Below, piece after piece: positions 30,098 to 39,106 of a DNA stretch of 64,000 bases; the stretch's first letter is position 1; every line of letters starts with the position of its first letter. The notes beneath the pieces were generated by a model. That model was not told the origin of the DNA, did not search any database, and saw only the letters and a program-made list of their open reading frames with translations. A program made the position numbers and the translations under genes. The stretch lies in the sequence record SRR20825019_616; one strand, 5' to 3'.

Positions 30098-31546
30098 ATG
30101 GACGTAATGATCATCGGCGCGGGGATTATGGGAACCACGTTTGCCACGTTGGCAAAAGAGCTGGCTCCAGAGTTGAATATCACCATCCTGGAGAGATTGG
30201 AGAGCGCTGGAGAGGGTAACTCGTGGGTGTTCAACAACGCCGGCACGGGGCATGAGGCGAACTGCGAGCTGAATTACACGCCGGTGGACGAAGAGGTTAT
30301 CTCGGTCGAAAAGGCCTTGAAGATCCATGCGCAATTCAACGTGGCCAAGCAGTTCTGGGCGCACCTGATCAAAAAAGGCGCGATCAAGGACCCCAAGACG
30401 TTCATCAATCAGACCAAGCACTGCACCATCGTCTCTGAATCCTCAATCGACGAATTGCGACTGCGGTTCAAGGAAATGTCTGCTCATCATTTTTTTGAGA
30501 GCATGCGTTTCTCAGAGGATTTCGACGAAATCAAGAGCTGGATCCCCTATTTGATGGAAGGGCGTCCTCGCCATGAAAAGATGGCTGCGACCGTCATAGA
30601 AACAGGCACGGACGTGAATTTCGGTGCTCTGACCCAACAAATGGCTGAACACGCTGCTCAAGACCTGGGTGTGAAGATTGAGTACGGCACCCATGTTAAA
30701 CGCGTACACAAGAGCCCCGCGGGGAGTTGGCTTATAGAAACCGAACGCCATGGAGCCCACGCTCGTTACAAGGCTGATGTACTGTTTGTTGGTGCGGGTG
30801 GGGGTGCATTCCCGATCCTGAAGAAAAGCCACCTGCCGTTTGCGAAACGGTTTACAGGCTTTCCCGTCGGCGGGCGGTTCCTGCAGGCCCCGATCAGCGC
30901 AGAGCAGGCCGATCATTACCGGGCTAAAACCTATGGCAAAGCAAAAGTAGGCGCGCCCCCCATGTCGGTACCGCATCTGGATTTGCGAGTGGCGGATGGC
31001 CAGCACTACCTGTTGTTCGGCCCGTTTGCCTCTTTCAAGCCCGTTCTGGAGAAAGGACGTGGATTTTTTGACTACCTCCGGGCAATGCGCCTGCATGATA
31101 TCCCAGGATTGCTGAACGTCACCCTGGAGCACTTCCCATTGGTGAAATACCTGGTTTCAGAAACCTTCAAGGGCGAGAAGAGCATGTTCGAGGAGCTTGA
31201 AAGCTTTGCGCCCGGCCTGAGCAAAAAATTTGACTGGAAACCGGTTCACGCCGGCCAACGGGTCCAGATTATCAAGGACGGCGATCTGCAGATGGGTACG
31301 GAAATCCTCGTGTCCAAGGACAAAACCTACGGAACCTTGTTGGGAGCATCGCCAGGGGCATCGGTTTCGCCGGAGGTAATGCTGAGGTGCCTGGAACAGC
31401 TGCTACCGGCCATTTTTACCAAAGAGGAAACCAGGAAAGCGAAGAAGGAGATTTTTCCTGAAGATGATCTGGATACCCTGGCCACGAATCCTGATCGTTA
31501 TCGGGAAATTCGTGATGCCGTTAATAAGCAGTTGGGAATAGTTTGA
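30098..31546 (+). CDS. mqo: Malate:quinone oxidoreductase family FAD enzyme
   Basis: IGAGIMG, NNAGTGH...CELNYTP, GTDVNFG, PPMSVPHLD.R, AGQRVQII and LLGASPGAS. Confidence 0.85.
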   Translation: MDVMIIGAGIMGTTFATLAKELAPELNITILERLESAGEGNSWVFNNAGTGHEANCELNYTPVDEEVISVEKALKIHAQFNVAKQFWAHLIKKGAIKDPKTFINQTKHCTIVSESSIDELRLRFKEMSAHHFFESMRFSEDFDEIKSWIPYLMEGRPRHEKMAATVIETGTDVNFGALTQQMAEHAAQDLGVKIEYGTHVKRVHKSPAGSWLIETERHGAHARYKADVLFVGAGGGAFPILKKSHLPFAKRFTGFPVGGRFLQAPISAEQADHYRAKTYGKAKVGAPPMSVPHLDLRVADGQHYLLFGPFASFKPVLEKGRGFFDYLRAMRLHDIPGLLNVTLEHFPLVKYLVSETFKGEKSMFEELESFAPGLSKKFDWKPVHAGQRVQIIKDGDLQMGTEILVSKDKTYGTLLGASPGASVSPEVMLRCLEQLLPAIFTKEETRKAKKEIFPEDDLDTLATNPDRYREIRDAVNKQLGIV

Positions 31547-31553
31547 AGTAGGG

Positions 31554-31596
31554 GCGTTCCATGATTCCGGAGTTGCAGGTCAGAATCATGGAACGC
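31554..31596. terminator. Perfect 14-bp inverted repeat between convergent genes, possible bidirectional terminator
   Basis: GCGTTCCATGATTC-N15-GAATCATGGAACGC. No clear U-tract. Confidence 0.5.
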
Positions 31597-31629
31597 TATC
31601 CGAATAGCACCTGAATGGGCGGTGACTAC

Positions 31630-32937
31630 CTAGACATAGAAGTCCAAGTCCTCCTGAGCTTTCAACAGGTCCCGCATCTTGATGGGGTCATCACCATAGA
31701 AGAAGACCAGGCCCCAGTGAGTACCGAAGGCGGACCGGTCAGGAACCGTTTCTTCCGTCGGTGCAACGAGTTCATGTGACTCGAAATAGGGGTGATCAAC
31801 ACATTCCGGAGGCATTTCCAGCTTGCTGACCACGCGGCGGCGCGGATAAACACCGAAGCAACCGGCATAGCCCTTGGCATCGACGACTTCGCGTGGGAAG
31901 AATTTTTCCACTTCCTCTTTGGTGCTCTTGGGGTCAAATACCAGCATTGACGCCTGGTACGCGTTAAACCCATACGCACGTTCAATCAGCTCAAACGCCT
32001 TGAAGCCGGGTGGGCGGTAAGCAACCTCACCAAAGTACATTTCACCATCAGCAGTAACGAAGTACTCAGGGTGAATCAAGCCAAACTTAATATCGAACGT
32101 TTTGATCAGCAACTCGATCTGCTTGGTGATGGCATTACGCCAGCTTTCGAGTTGCTCGGTCGCCGGAACGAAAACGGAATAGCCCAGCGTTACGTACTCA
32201 GAGATATTGAGAAACTTGATCTTGCCGTCGTGAATCCATGCCTCAACGGCAAACTCCCAGCCGCTCAGATGGCTTTCCATGAGCAACGGATATTCTTCCG
32301 CTGGAATGTTGTCAATTTCCTCAAGCGTACGGATCATTCGATGGCCGAGGCAACCAGCCTTGTCAAACGCCTTGACGTGAATGGGGTCGTCCGGGTCGCC
32401 ATCCAGTTTCAACAGGGTCTGGTTGACACGCTTCATGAAACGGACGATGTCGTCTTTCTCGTGGGCCTCCTCGAAGATCCCGACTCGAATGCCGCCAAGC
32501 TGGGCACGGCGCTTCATCAAAGCCTTGTCACGGAACAGAATCGACTGCCCGTACATGCGAGGGCTGTCCAGGAGCACTGAGTTGATCGCCCCAGACCACT
32601 CAACGGTCTCTTCGAACAGCGGTATCGCAACATCAACGCCTTCCTCTTTCAGCCTTTCAGCAATCTGCAGGGACCGATCATTCAAACGGATAAAATCCCA
32701 TGGGATAAAGGGGATCTTGTTAGCGGTACAAAAATCCGCAGCCCATTCCGGAGCAACAACGATGTAGCGGCGGTCGAACTTCTGTGCGGCCTTGATGGCA
32801 TTGACGCTCCAGCCAAGCAGGGCGATATAGCCTTTGTTCGGATCCTTTGGGGTCTCCGTACCTTTAACAGAGTCCATTTCCGGATCAAGCCAGGCGGCCA
32901 CATCATTTGATAAGGGCGCTTCTTGTGTTGTCGACAT
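31630..32937 (-). CDS. ATP-grasp domain protein (carboxylate-amine ligase-like)
   Basis: FRDKALMK, MESHL.GWEF.VE and HPEYF...GEVAYRPPG motifs. AGGAG RBS before ATG 32937. Confidence 0.82.
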   Translation of the reverse strand: MSTTQEAPLSNDVAAWLDPEMDSVKGTETPKDPNKGYIALLGWSVNAIKAAQKFDRRYIVVAPEWAADFCTANKIPFIPWDFIRLNDRSLQIAERLKEEGVDVAIPLFEETVEWSGAINSVLLDSPRMYGQSILFRDKALMKRRAQLGGIRVGIFEEAHEKDDIVRFMKRVNQTLLKLDGDPDDPIHVKAFDKAGCLGHRMIRTLEEIDNIPAEEYPLLMESHLSGWEFAVEAWIHDGKIKFLNISEYVTLGYSVFVPATEQLESWRNAITKQIELLIKTFDIKFGLIHPEYFVTADGEMYFGEVAYRPPGFKAFELIERAYGFNAYQASMLVFDPKSTKEEVEKFFPREVVDAKGYAGCFGVYPRRRVVSKLEMPPECVDHPYFESHELVAPTEETVPDRSAFGTHWGLVFFYGDDPIKMRDLLKAQEDLDFYV

Positions 32938-33114
32938 GTGTCGTTCTCCTTGCAACCTGCCCGATAGGAGCATGTAAGTAGTTGAAATTATTGTGGGGCA
33001 AGTTTCGTGAGTTAATACATCCTCTCTATCAACATAGTCGCTATCACCCCAAAATGAAAAGATTGCGCCGGAATTAGCCGTTCCTCCATACCAACTATTT
33101 TCCAATAACTAATA

Positions 33115-33143
33115 TTGAATGATTGCTCAAGAATGCCTAGAGT
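33115..33143 (+). promoter_or_regulatory. Putative sigma70 promoter of the GST pair with palindromic operator over -35
   Basis: TTGAAT-N17-TAGAGT, with imperfect palindrome TTGAATGATTGCTCAA at 33115-33130. Confidence 0.5.
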
Positions 33144-33177
33144 GTAAGTTCCTGAAACAGACCACCGGAGGCCCTCA

Positions 33178-33858
33178 ATGATCAGATTCTATTTCCACCC
33201 TAGACCCAACCCGATGAAAGTGGCCCTGTATCTCGAAGAGACAGGTACGCCTTATGAACTGGTTCCCGTCGATACCCTCAAGGGCGAGCAGCATAAGCCG
33301 GAGTTCAGGGCCATTAACCCCAACGGTAAAACCCCTGCGATCGACGATGATGGAATACGGGTATTCGACTCCAATGCCATTTTACTTTATCTGTCGGAGA
33401 AGAGCGGTAAGCTGGGCGGAACGCCTGAAAACCGGGCTGAACTGCTGTCCTGGATGATGTTTGTGGCGTCTGGGCTGGGGCCGTACTCCGGTCAGTCAGT
33501 GCATTTCCGGCATGCAGCGCCGGAACAGATTCCTTATGCCGCTAATCGCTATCAGCGCGAAGCACAGCGCCACTATGAAGTGCTGGATACGCATCTGGCA
33601 GATCGCACGTATCTGGTGGGAGAGGAATTCAGCATTGCGGATATTGCAGCCTGGGGCTGGGTTGATAAAGCTGGAGTTGTGCTCGGTGATGCTGAGCTGG
33701 CCGGTTTCCCGAACCTGAAGCGGTGGTTTGACAGCATCAACAATCGTCCGGCAGTCGCGCGTGCCAGGGCCGTCGGCCAGGACGTTCCGTTCCAAACCGA
33801 AATGGATGATGCAGCACGCCGAGCCCTTTTCCCGCAAAACTACCCTGAGCAGGCGTAA
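33178..33858 (+). CDS. Glutathione S-transferase family protein (Nu-class-like)
   Basis: INPNGKTPAI, FDSNAILLYL and SIADIA.W.W. Confidence 0.92.
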   Translation: MIRFYFHPRPNPMKVALYLEETGTPYELVPVDTLKGEQHKPEFRAINPNGKTPAIDDDGIRVFDSNAILLYLSEKSGKLGGTPENRAELLSWMMFVASGLGPYSGQSVHFRHAAPEQIPYAANRYQREAQRHYEVLDTHLADRTYLVGEEFSIADIAAWGWVDKAGVVLGDAELAGFPNLKRWFDSINNRPAVARARAVGQDVPFQTEMDDAARRALFPQNYPEQA

Positions 33859-33860
33859 AC

Positions 33861-34550
33861 ATGATTGATCTTCACTACTGGCCAACGCCCAATGGCCACA
33901 AGATCACGATCTTTCTTGAAGAAGCGGGGCTTGAATATGATATCCACCCAGTGGATATCAGTGCTGGGGACCAATTCAAGCCATCGTTTTTGGCAATTTC
34001 ACCCAATAACCGGATGCCGGCGATCGTTGATCACTCGCCGGCATCCGGCGAAGGGCCGCTTTCCGTTTTCGAGTCGGGCGCCATTCTGCTGTACCTGGCA
34101 GGAAAAACAGGCCGCTTTCTGCCTGCGGATCCCCGGGCTCGTATCACGGTCATACAGTGGCTGATGTGGCAGATGGGTGGACTTGGCCCAATGGCGGGAC
34201 AGAACCACCACTTCGTAAAATACGCGCCGGAAGAAGTTCCTTATGCCATTCAGCGTTACGTGAATGAGACCAATCGGCTTTATGGCGTACTCAACAAACA
34301 GTTGGAAGGACGCGACTGGATTGCAGGTGACTACTCCATTGCTGACATGGCGACCTATCCCTGGGTTGTGCCGCATGAAACTCAACAGCAGAACCTTGAT
34401 GATTTCCCGAATCTCAAGCGATGGTTCAATGCCATGCAGGCGCGACCGGCGGTGGTCAGAGCGTATGAAAAGGGAGCCCCGTGGTCCAGTCGGCCAGCCG
34501 TGACGGAAGAGGGTAAGAGTCTGCTGTTTGGTCAGACGGCCAATCGATAG
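33861..34550 (+). CDS. Glutathione S-transferase / GSH-dependent disulfide oxidoreductase (YfcG-like)
   Basis: WPTPNGHK, ISPNNRMPAI, FESGAIL and WQMGGLGPM.GQ.HHF. Confidence 0.92.
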   Translation: MIDLHYWPTPNGHKITIFLEEAGLEYDIHPVDISAGDQFKPSFLAISPNNRMPAIVDHSPASGEGPLSVFESGAILLYLAGKTGRFLPADPRARITVIQWLMWQMGGLGPMAGQNHHFVKYAPEEVPYAIQRYVNETNRLYGVLNKQLEGRDWIAGDYSIADMATYPWVVPHETQQQNLDDFPNLKRWFNAMQARPAVVRAYEKGAPWSSRPAVTEEGKSLLFGQTANR

Positions 34551-34634
34551 ACGTCAAGGACGACTGATCTCCCTACTTGCTGACTTATTGGTTACACTGG
34601 TTCTACGCATCAGGAGAAAGCCGAAGAGAACGCA

Positions 34635-35531
34635 ATGGGCGCTGAGAAGCAACGTATCCAACCAGAGTTCGAGTGGGTAGATCAGCGGGGTGACGAGTCG
34701 ATCCGATACCTGGATCACGGTTACCCGAGCCCACTTGTGCGCTGGCATTATCACGAGGAGTATGAACTCCATCTGATCACCGAGACCTCCGGAAAGGTTT
34801 TCGTGGGTGATTATATCGGCAATTTTGCCCCCAACAGTCTGATCCTTGTGGGGCCCAACCTTCCTCACAACTGGATCAGTCAGCTAGAAAAGGGCGAGCA
34901 TGTTGAGCTTCGTGACCGCGTTATCAATTTTTCCCACGATCTGATTACCGCCTCTGAATCGGTGTTTCCTGAAACGCGGGCCCTTGCTCCGTTCTGGCAA
35001 CGTGCTCAATACGGCATTGAATTCCGGAATCGCGAGGGAATTGACAAAGCGATAGGGTTGTTTGAAGAAGTTGCCACTTCGAATGGCTTTCGACGCTTGA
35101 CGCGTTTTTGGGCAATGGTTGAGATCCTGGCGGCGATGGATGACTATCGCGTGCTGTCTTCGTCGACGTACCTTCCGATTACCGATGAAAAGATCCTCAA
35201 CCGATTGAACCAGGCGTTGAACCATATTTTCGAGCACTATCGGTCAAGTATTTCCCTGGAAGATGTTGCGGCGCATGTGAACATGAGCCCAACCTATTTT
35301 TCCAAGTTCTTCAAGAAGGCCACCGGCCATCGATTCATTGAATTCGTCAATACCCTTCGGGTCAACAAAGCCTGTGAACGCCTGGCACACACGGATGATC
35401 CAATTACGGAGATCTGCTTTCAGGTTGGCTTCAACAACATCGCCAATTTCAATCGCCGGTTTTTCGATGTGAAGGGCATGACGCCGTCTGAATACCGCCG
35501 AACCTCCATAGACGCGTTGTATCAGCGGTAA
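34635..35531 (+). CDS. AraC family regulator, probable MtlR-type activator of the polyol operon
   Basis: Cupin WHYHEEYELH and C-terminal AraC HTH (GF.N..NFNR.F....GMTP.EYR). Directly upstream of the mtl genes. Confidence 0.9.
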   Translation: MGAEKQRIQPEFEWVDQRGDESIRYLDHGYPSPLVRWHYHEEYELHLITETSGKVFVGDYIGNFAPNSLILVGPNLPHNWISQLEKGEHVELRDRVINFSHDLITASESVFPETRALAPFWQRAQYGIEFRNREGIDKAIGLFEEVATSNGFRRLTRFWAMVEILAAMDDYRVLSSSTYLPITDEKILNRLNQALNHIFEHYRSSISLEDVAAHVNMSPTYFSKFFKKATGHRFIEFVNTLRVNKACERLAHTDDPITEICFQVGFNNIANFNRRFFDVKGMTPSEYRRTSIDALYQR

Positions 35532-35652
35532 TCAGTACCTCATCTGTTTTATCCCTCTCTCTGCAGATCCTCTTTTTCTCACGGAATGATACTTTCTGGT
35601 GACGTCCATGGGTTCCATTCAACCTTACTTTGTCGCCAATAGCCTACACAGC

Positions 35653-35722
35653 CTGTACTTTTAGCCATCTTTAGCTAAATGAGCGGGGGAGGCACCCCAT
35701 TCGTGATGGCATAAAAGTACAG
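35653..35722. promoter_or_regulatory. Long inverted repeat in the mtl leader, candidate operator
   Basis: CTGTACTTTTA-GCCATC (35653-35669) pairs with GATGGC-A-TAAAAGTACAG (35705-35722). Confidence 0.45.
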
Positions 35723-35889
35723 AAAAATGACAGGGTATGTATTTGTTCAGTTCTGACATTAAGCGTGTAATAGCACCATTGATTCACTTTCCTGACGAGA
35801 GGTGATCCGTCAGATCAAAGTACCCGGAATGCACCGGCTAATCCGGACATTCTGAACGACCTACTCCAAAAACAAACAGAGGTTGGAAC

Positions 35890-37212
35890 ATGAACAACAA
35901 ACGATATCTGTCCGCTGTTATGGCCGTTGGCATGACGGCCGTCGCGTCCTCCGCAATGGCTGCCACCAAAGTGACTATTGGTACTGTGAACAATGGCGAC
36001 ATGGTTCGCATGCAGGGCCTTTCCGATGAATTCGAAAAGCTTCATCCAGACATCGATCTGAACTGGGTAGTGCTTGAGGAAAATGTCCTGCGCCAGCGCC
36101 TGACTACCGATATTGCGACGGACGGCGGTCAATTCGATGTGATGACGATTGGAATGTACGAGGCACCGATCTGGGGAGAGAAGGGGTGGCTGACCCCGAT
36201 GGAGGATCTGCCTTCGGATTACGATCTGTCCGATATTTTTCCATCAGTTCTCGGCGGCCTGTCCTCCGACGGTACCTTGTACGCACTGCCGTTTTACGCC
36301 GAAAGTTCGATGACGTTCTATCGCAAGGACCTTTTTGAAGCCAATGGGCTGAGCATGCCGCAACAGCCTTCCTGGGATCAAATGAAAACCTTCGCAGAAA
36401 AGCTCCATAAACCGGAAGATGAGCAATACGGTATCTGCCTGCGTGGAAAAGCAGGGTGGGGCGAGAATATGGCTCTGATCACAACCATGGCTAACGCCTT
36501 TGGCGCACGCTGGTTTGATGAAAACTGGAAGCCTGAATTCACTGGCGAAGAGTGGAACAACGCCGTCAGTTTCTACGTCGACCTTCTCGGGAACTACGGC
36601 CCTCCGGGCGCTTCATCCAACGGGTTTAACGAGAACCTGGCGCTGTTCAACAGTGGCAAGTGCGCCATGTGGGTAGACGCCACTGTCGCCGGATCCTTTC
36701 TTACCGATGAGTCTCAAAGCAGGGTAGCGGAACACATCGGCTTTGCCCTGGCGCCAGAACAGGTAACGTCAAAAGGTTCGGGATGGTTGTGGTCCTGGGC
36801 CCTCGCCGTTCCGGTGAGCTCAGACGCCAAGGAAGCGGCGAAGACCTTTGTCACCTGGGCAACCTCGCGGGCTTATAGCCAACTGGTTGAGGAAACCTAT
36901 GGCATTGCCAACGTGCCCCCCGGCACACGCACCTCCACCTACGACAACGCTGAATACCTGGAAGCTGCGCCGTTCGCGACCCGAACCCTGGAAGCAATCG
37001 GCAACGCCGACCCCAACGATTCCACGTTGAATCCTTCCCCCTATGTGGGCGTTCAGTTTGCAGCCATCCCTGAGTTTCAGTCGATCGCAACCCAGGTCGG
37101 CAAGCTGATCTCGGGCGCCCTGGCAGGGTCGATGTCGGTTGATCATGCCCTGAAAGCGGCACAATCGATCACCCTTCGAGAGATGACTCGCGCCCGCTAT
37201 TACTCCAACTAA
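35890..37212 (+). CDS. mtlE: Mannitol/sorbitol ABC transporter substrate-binding protein
   Basis: TVNNGDM.RMQ.L, WV.LEENVLRQR.TTDIAT and ICLRGKAGWGENMA, typical of SmoE/MtlE. Confidence 0.9.
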   Translation: MNNKRYLSAVMAVGMTAVASSAMAATKVTIGTVNNGDMVRMQGLSDEFEKLHPDIDLNWVVLEENVLRQRLTTDIATDGGQFDVMTIGMYEAPIWGEKGWLTPMEDLPSDYDLSDIFPSVLGGLSSDGTLYALPFYAESSMTFYRKDLFEANGLSMPQQPSWDQMKTFAEKLHKPEDEQYGICLRGKAGWGENMALITTMANAFGARWFDENWKPEFTGEEWNNAVSFYVDLLGNYGPPGASSNGFNENLALFNSGKCAMWVDATVAGSFLTDESQSRVAEHIGFALAPEQVTSKGSGWLWSWALAVPVSSDAKEAAKTFVTWATSRAYSQLVEETYGIANVPPGTRTSTYDNAEYLEAAPFATRTLEAIGNADPNDSTLNPSPYVGVQFAAIPEFQSIATQVGKLISGALAGSMSVDHALKAAQSITLREMTRARYYSN

Positions 37213-37247
37213 ATACCCGGCCAAGACGAAACAACAATGACCTGATG

Positions 37248-37271
37248 CAGGGTCCGCTTAGGCGGAGCCTG
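37248..37271 (+). other. Stem-loop after the binding-protein gene (mRNA stabiliser or attenuator)
   Basis: CAGGGTCCGC-TTAG-GCGGAGCCTG with one mismatch, between mtlE and mtlF. Confidence 0.45.
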
Positions 37272-37295
37272 TTTGGGGGTCACCGGAGAACCGAT

Positions 37296-38243
37296 ATGAA
37301 AACAACCGCTCTGAATGCAGGTCCCGCGAGCTCCGCCGCGGAACCCAAACAGGACAGCCGCCAGGGAAGTATTAGAAAGACCTCCCGCATCAATCGTTTC
37401 ATGGTGTCGCCGTCGGTGCTCGTCCTGGCGCTGTGGATGGTGATTCCGCTGTCCATGACCATCTACTTTTCAGTGATTCGCTATAACCTGCTGTACCCCG
37501 GCGATAACGAATTTGTGGGGCTGGAAAACTTCCAGTTCTTTGTCACTGATTTCGGTTTTATGGCCGGAATGAGCAACACCCTGCTGTTGGTCGGTTCCGT
37601 GCTGTTAATTACGGTGGTCCTGGGTGTACTGATTTCGCTGCTTGTTAACCAGGCGTTCTGGGGGCGGGGCATCGTCCGGATACTCCTGATATCGCCGTTC
37701 TTTATTATGCCAACCGTGAACGCGCTGATCTGGAAGAACCTGCTGCTGCATCCGGTATCCGGCGTATTTGCAGCCATCTGGAAGTTCTTCGGCGCCACGC
37801 CGATCGATTGGTTTTCCGAGTTTCCGTTGTTCTCGATCATCATGATCGTGTCATGGCAGTGGCTGCCGTTCGCCATCCTGCTGCTGATGACCGCATTGCA
37901 GTCGCTGGATCAGGAACAGCAGGAAGCGGCCCGCCTTGACGGCGCCGGACCCTGGGCTCTGTTCTTCCATCTCACCTTGCCGCACCTTGCTCGTCCGATC
38001 GCGGTGGTGGTGATGATCGAAACCATCTTCCTGCTGTCGATCTTTGCGGAGATCTTCACCACCACGGGCGGTGGCCCGGGTTACGAGACCACCAACCTTG
38101 CGTACCTCATCTATAGCCAGGCGTTGCTGCAGTTCGACGTCGGACTGGCCTCAGCCGGTGGCCTGATTGCCGTTGTGCTGGCCAACATTGCCGCCTTCTT
38201 CCTGGTGCGGCTGATCGGCAAAAGCCTGACCGAAAAACAATGA
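37296..38243 (+). CDS. mtlF: Polyol ABC transporter permease
   Basis: EAA motif (EAARLDGAG) and WQWLPF. GGAG RBS before 37296. Confidence 0.9.
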   Translation: MKTTALNAGPASSAAEPKQDSRQGSIRKTSRINRFMVSPSVLVLALWMVIPLSMTIYFSVIRYNLLYPGDNEFVGLENFQFFVTDFGFMAGMSNTLLLVGSVLLITVVLGVLISLLVNQAFWGRGIVRILLISPFFIMPTVNALIWKNLLLHPVSGVFAAIWKFFGATPIDWFSEFPLFSIIMIVSWQWLPFAILLLMTALQSLDQEQQEAARLDGAGPWALFFHLTLPHLARPIAVVVMIETIFLLSIFAEIFTTTGGGPGYETTNLAYLIYSQALLQFDVGLASAGGLIAVVLANIAAFFLVRLIGKSLTEKQ

Positions 38244-38260
38244 TTCCCGGAGGTTACAAC

Positions 38261-39094
38261 ATGCTTAGCCTGAAACAACGACGTAGCCTGAACACCCTGC
38301 TTATGGGGGTGTTGGCGTGGGGTGTGGCCCTGGCCATTTTCTTCCCGATTTTCTGGATGTTGCTGACCAGCTTCAAGACAGAAATCGATGCCTTCGCCAC
38401 ACCACCGCAATTGTTCTTCTCGCCGACCCTCGAGAATTACACGCTGGTTAACGAACGCAGTGACTATCTGCACTTTGCCTGGAATTCGGTAGTGGTGTCT
38501 TTCGGCTCCACGATCATCGGAATGATGCTCGCCGTACCCGCTGCCTATTCCATGGCCTTTTTCGAGACCAAGCGTACCAAAGGGACACTGTTGTGGATGC
38601 TATCCACCAAAATGCTGCCGCCGGTTGGCGTGCTGGTGCCGATTTACCTGATCTTCAAAGACACGGGCTTGCTCGATACCAAAACCGGACTGGTGATCAT
38701 CTATACGCTGATCAATCTGCCGATCATGATCTGGATGGCCTACACCTACTTCAAAGAGATTCCCAAAGAGGTACTTGAGGCAGCTCGAATGGACGGCTCC
38801 ACGCTGTTCCAGGAGATCTGGCGGGTGCTGCTGCCCATGAGCAAGGGCGGTCTGGCGGCAACGGTGCTGCTGTCACTGATCCTGAGTTGGAACGAGGCGT
38901 TCTGGTCGCTCAACCTCACGGCGTCGGAAGCGGCCCCGCTGACGGCCCTGATCGCATCTTACTCAAGTCCTGAAGGCTTGTTCTGGGCCAAGTTGTCAGC
39001 CGTATCGACCCTGGCCTGTGCCCCCATTCTTATCTTTGGCTGGATCAGCCAGAAACAGCTGGTTCGCGGCTTGTCCTTTGGCGCCGTCAAATAA
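38261..39094 (+). CDS. mtlG: Polyol ABC transporter permease
   Basis: EAARMDG, SSPEGLFWAKLSA and QLVRGLSFGAVK. GGAGG RBS. Confidence 0.9.
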   Translation: MLSLKQRRSLNTLLMGVLAWGVALAIFFPIFWMLLTSFKTEIDAFATPPQLFFSPTLENYTLVNERSDYLHFAWNSVVVSFGSTIIGMMLAVPAAYSMAFFETKRTKGTLLWMLSTKMLPPVGVLVPIYLIFKDTGLLDTKTGLVIIYTLINLPIMIWMAYTYFKEIPKEVLEAARMDGSTLFQEIWRVLLPMSKGGLAATVLLSLILSWNEAFWSLNLTASEAAPLTALIASYSSPEGLFWAKLSAVSTLACAPILIFGWISQKQLVRGLSFGAVK

Positions 39095-39106
39095 CGGAGA
39101 TTTCCC

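Noticed and set aside
32938-33105. 56-aa N-terminal extension of the ATP-grasp ORF in the track
   Set aside because: A strong RBS precedes ATG 32937, and the extension lies in an AT-rich promoter region.
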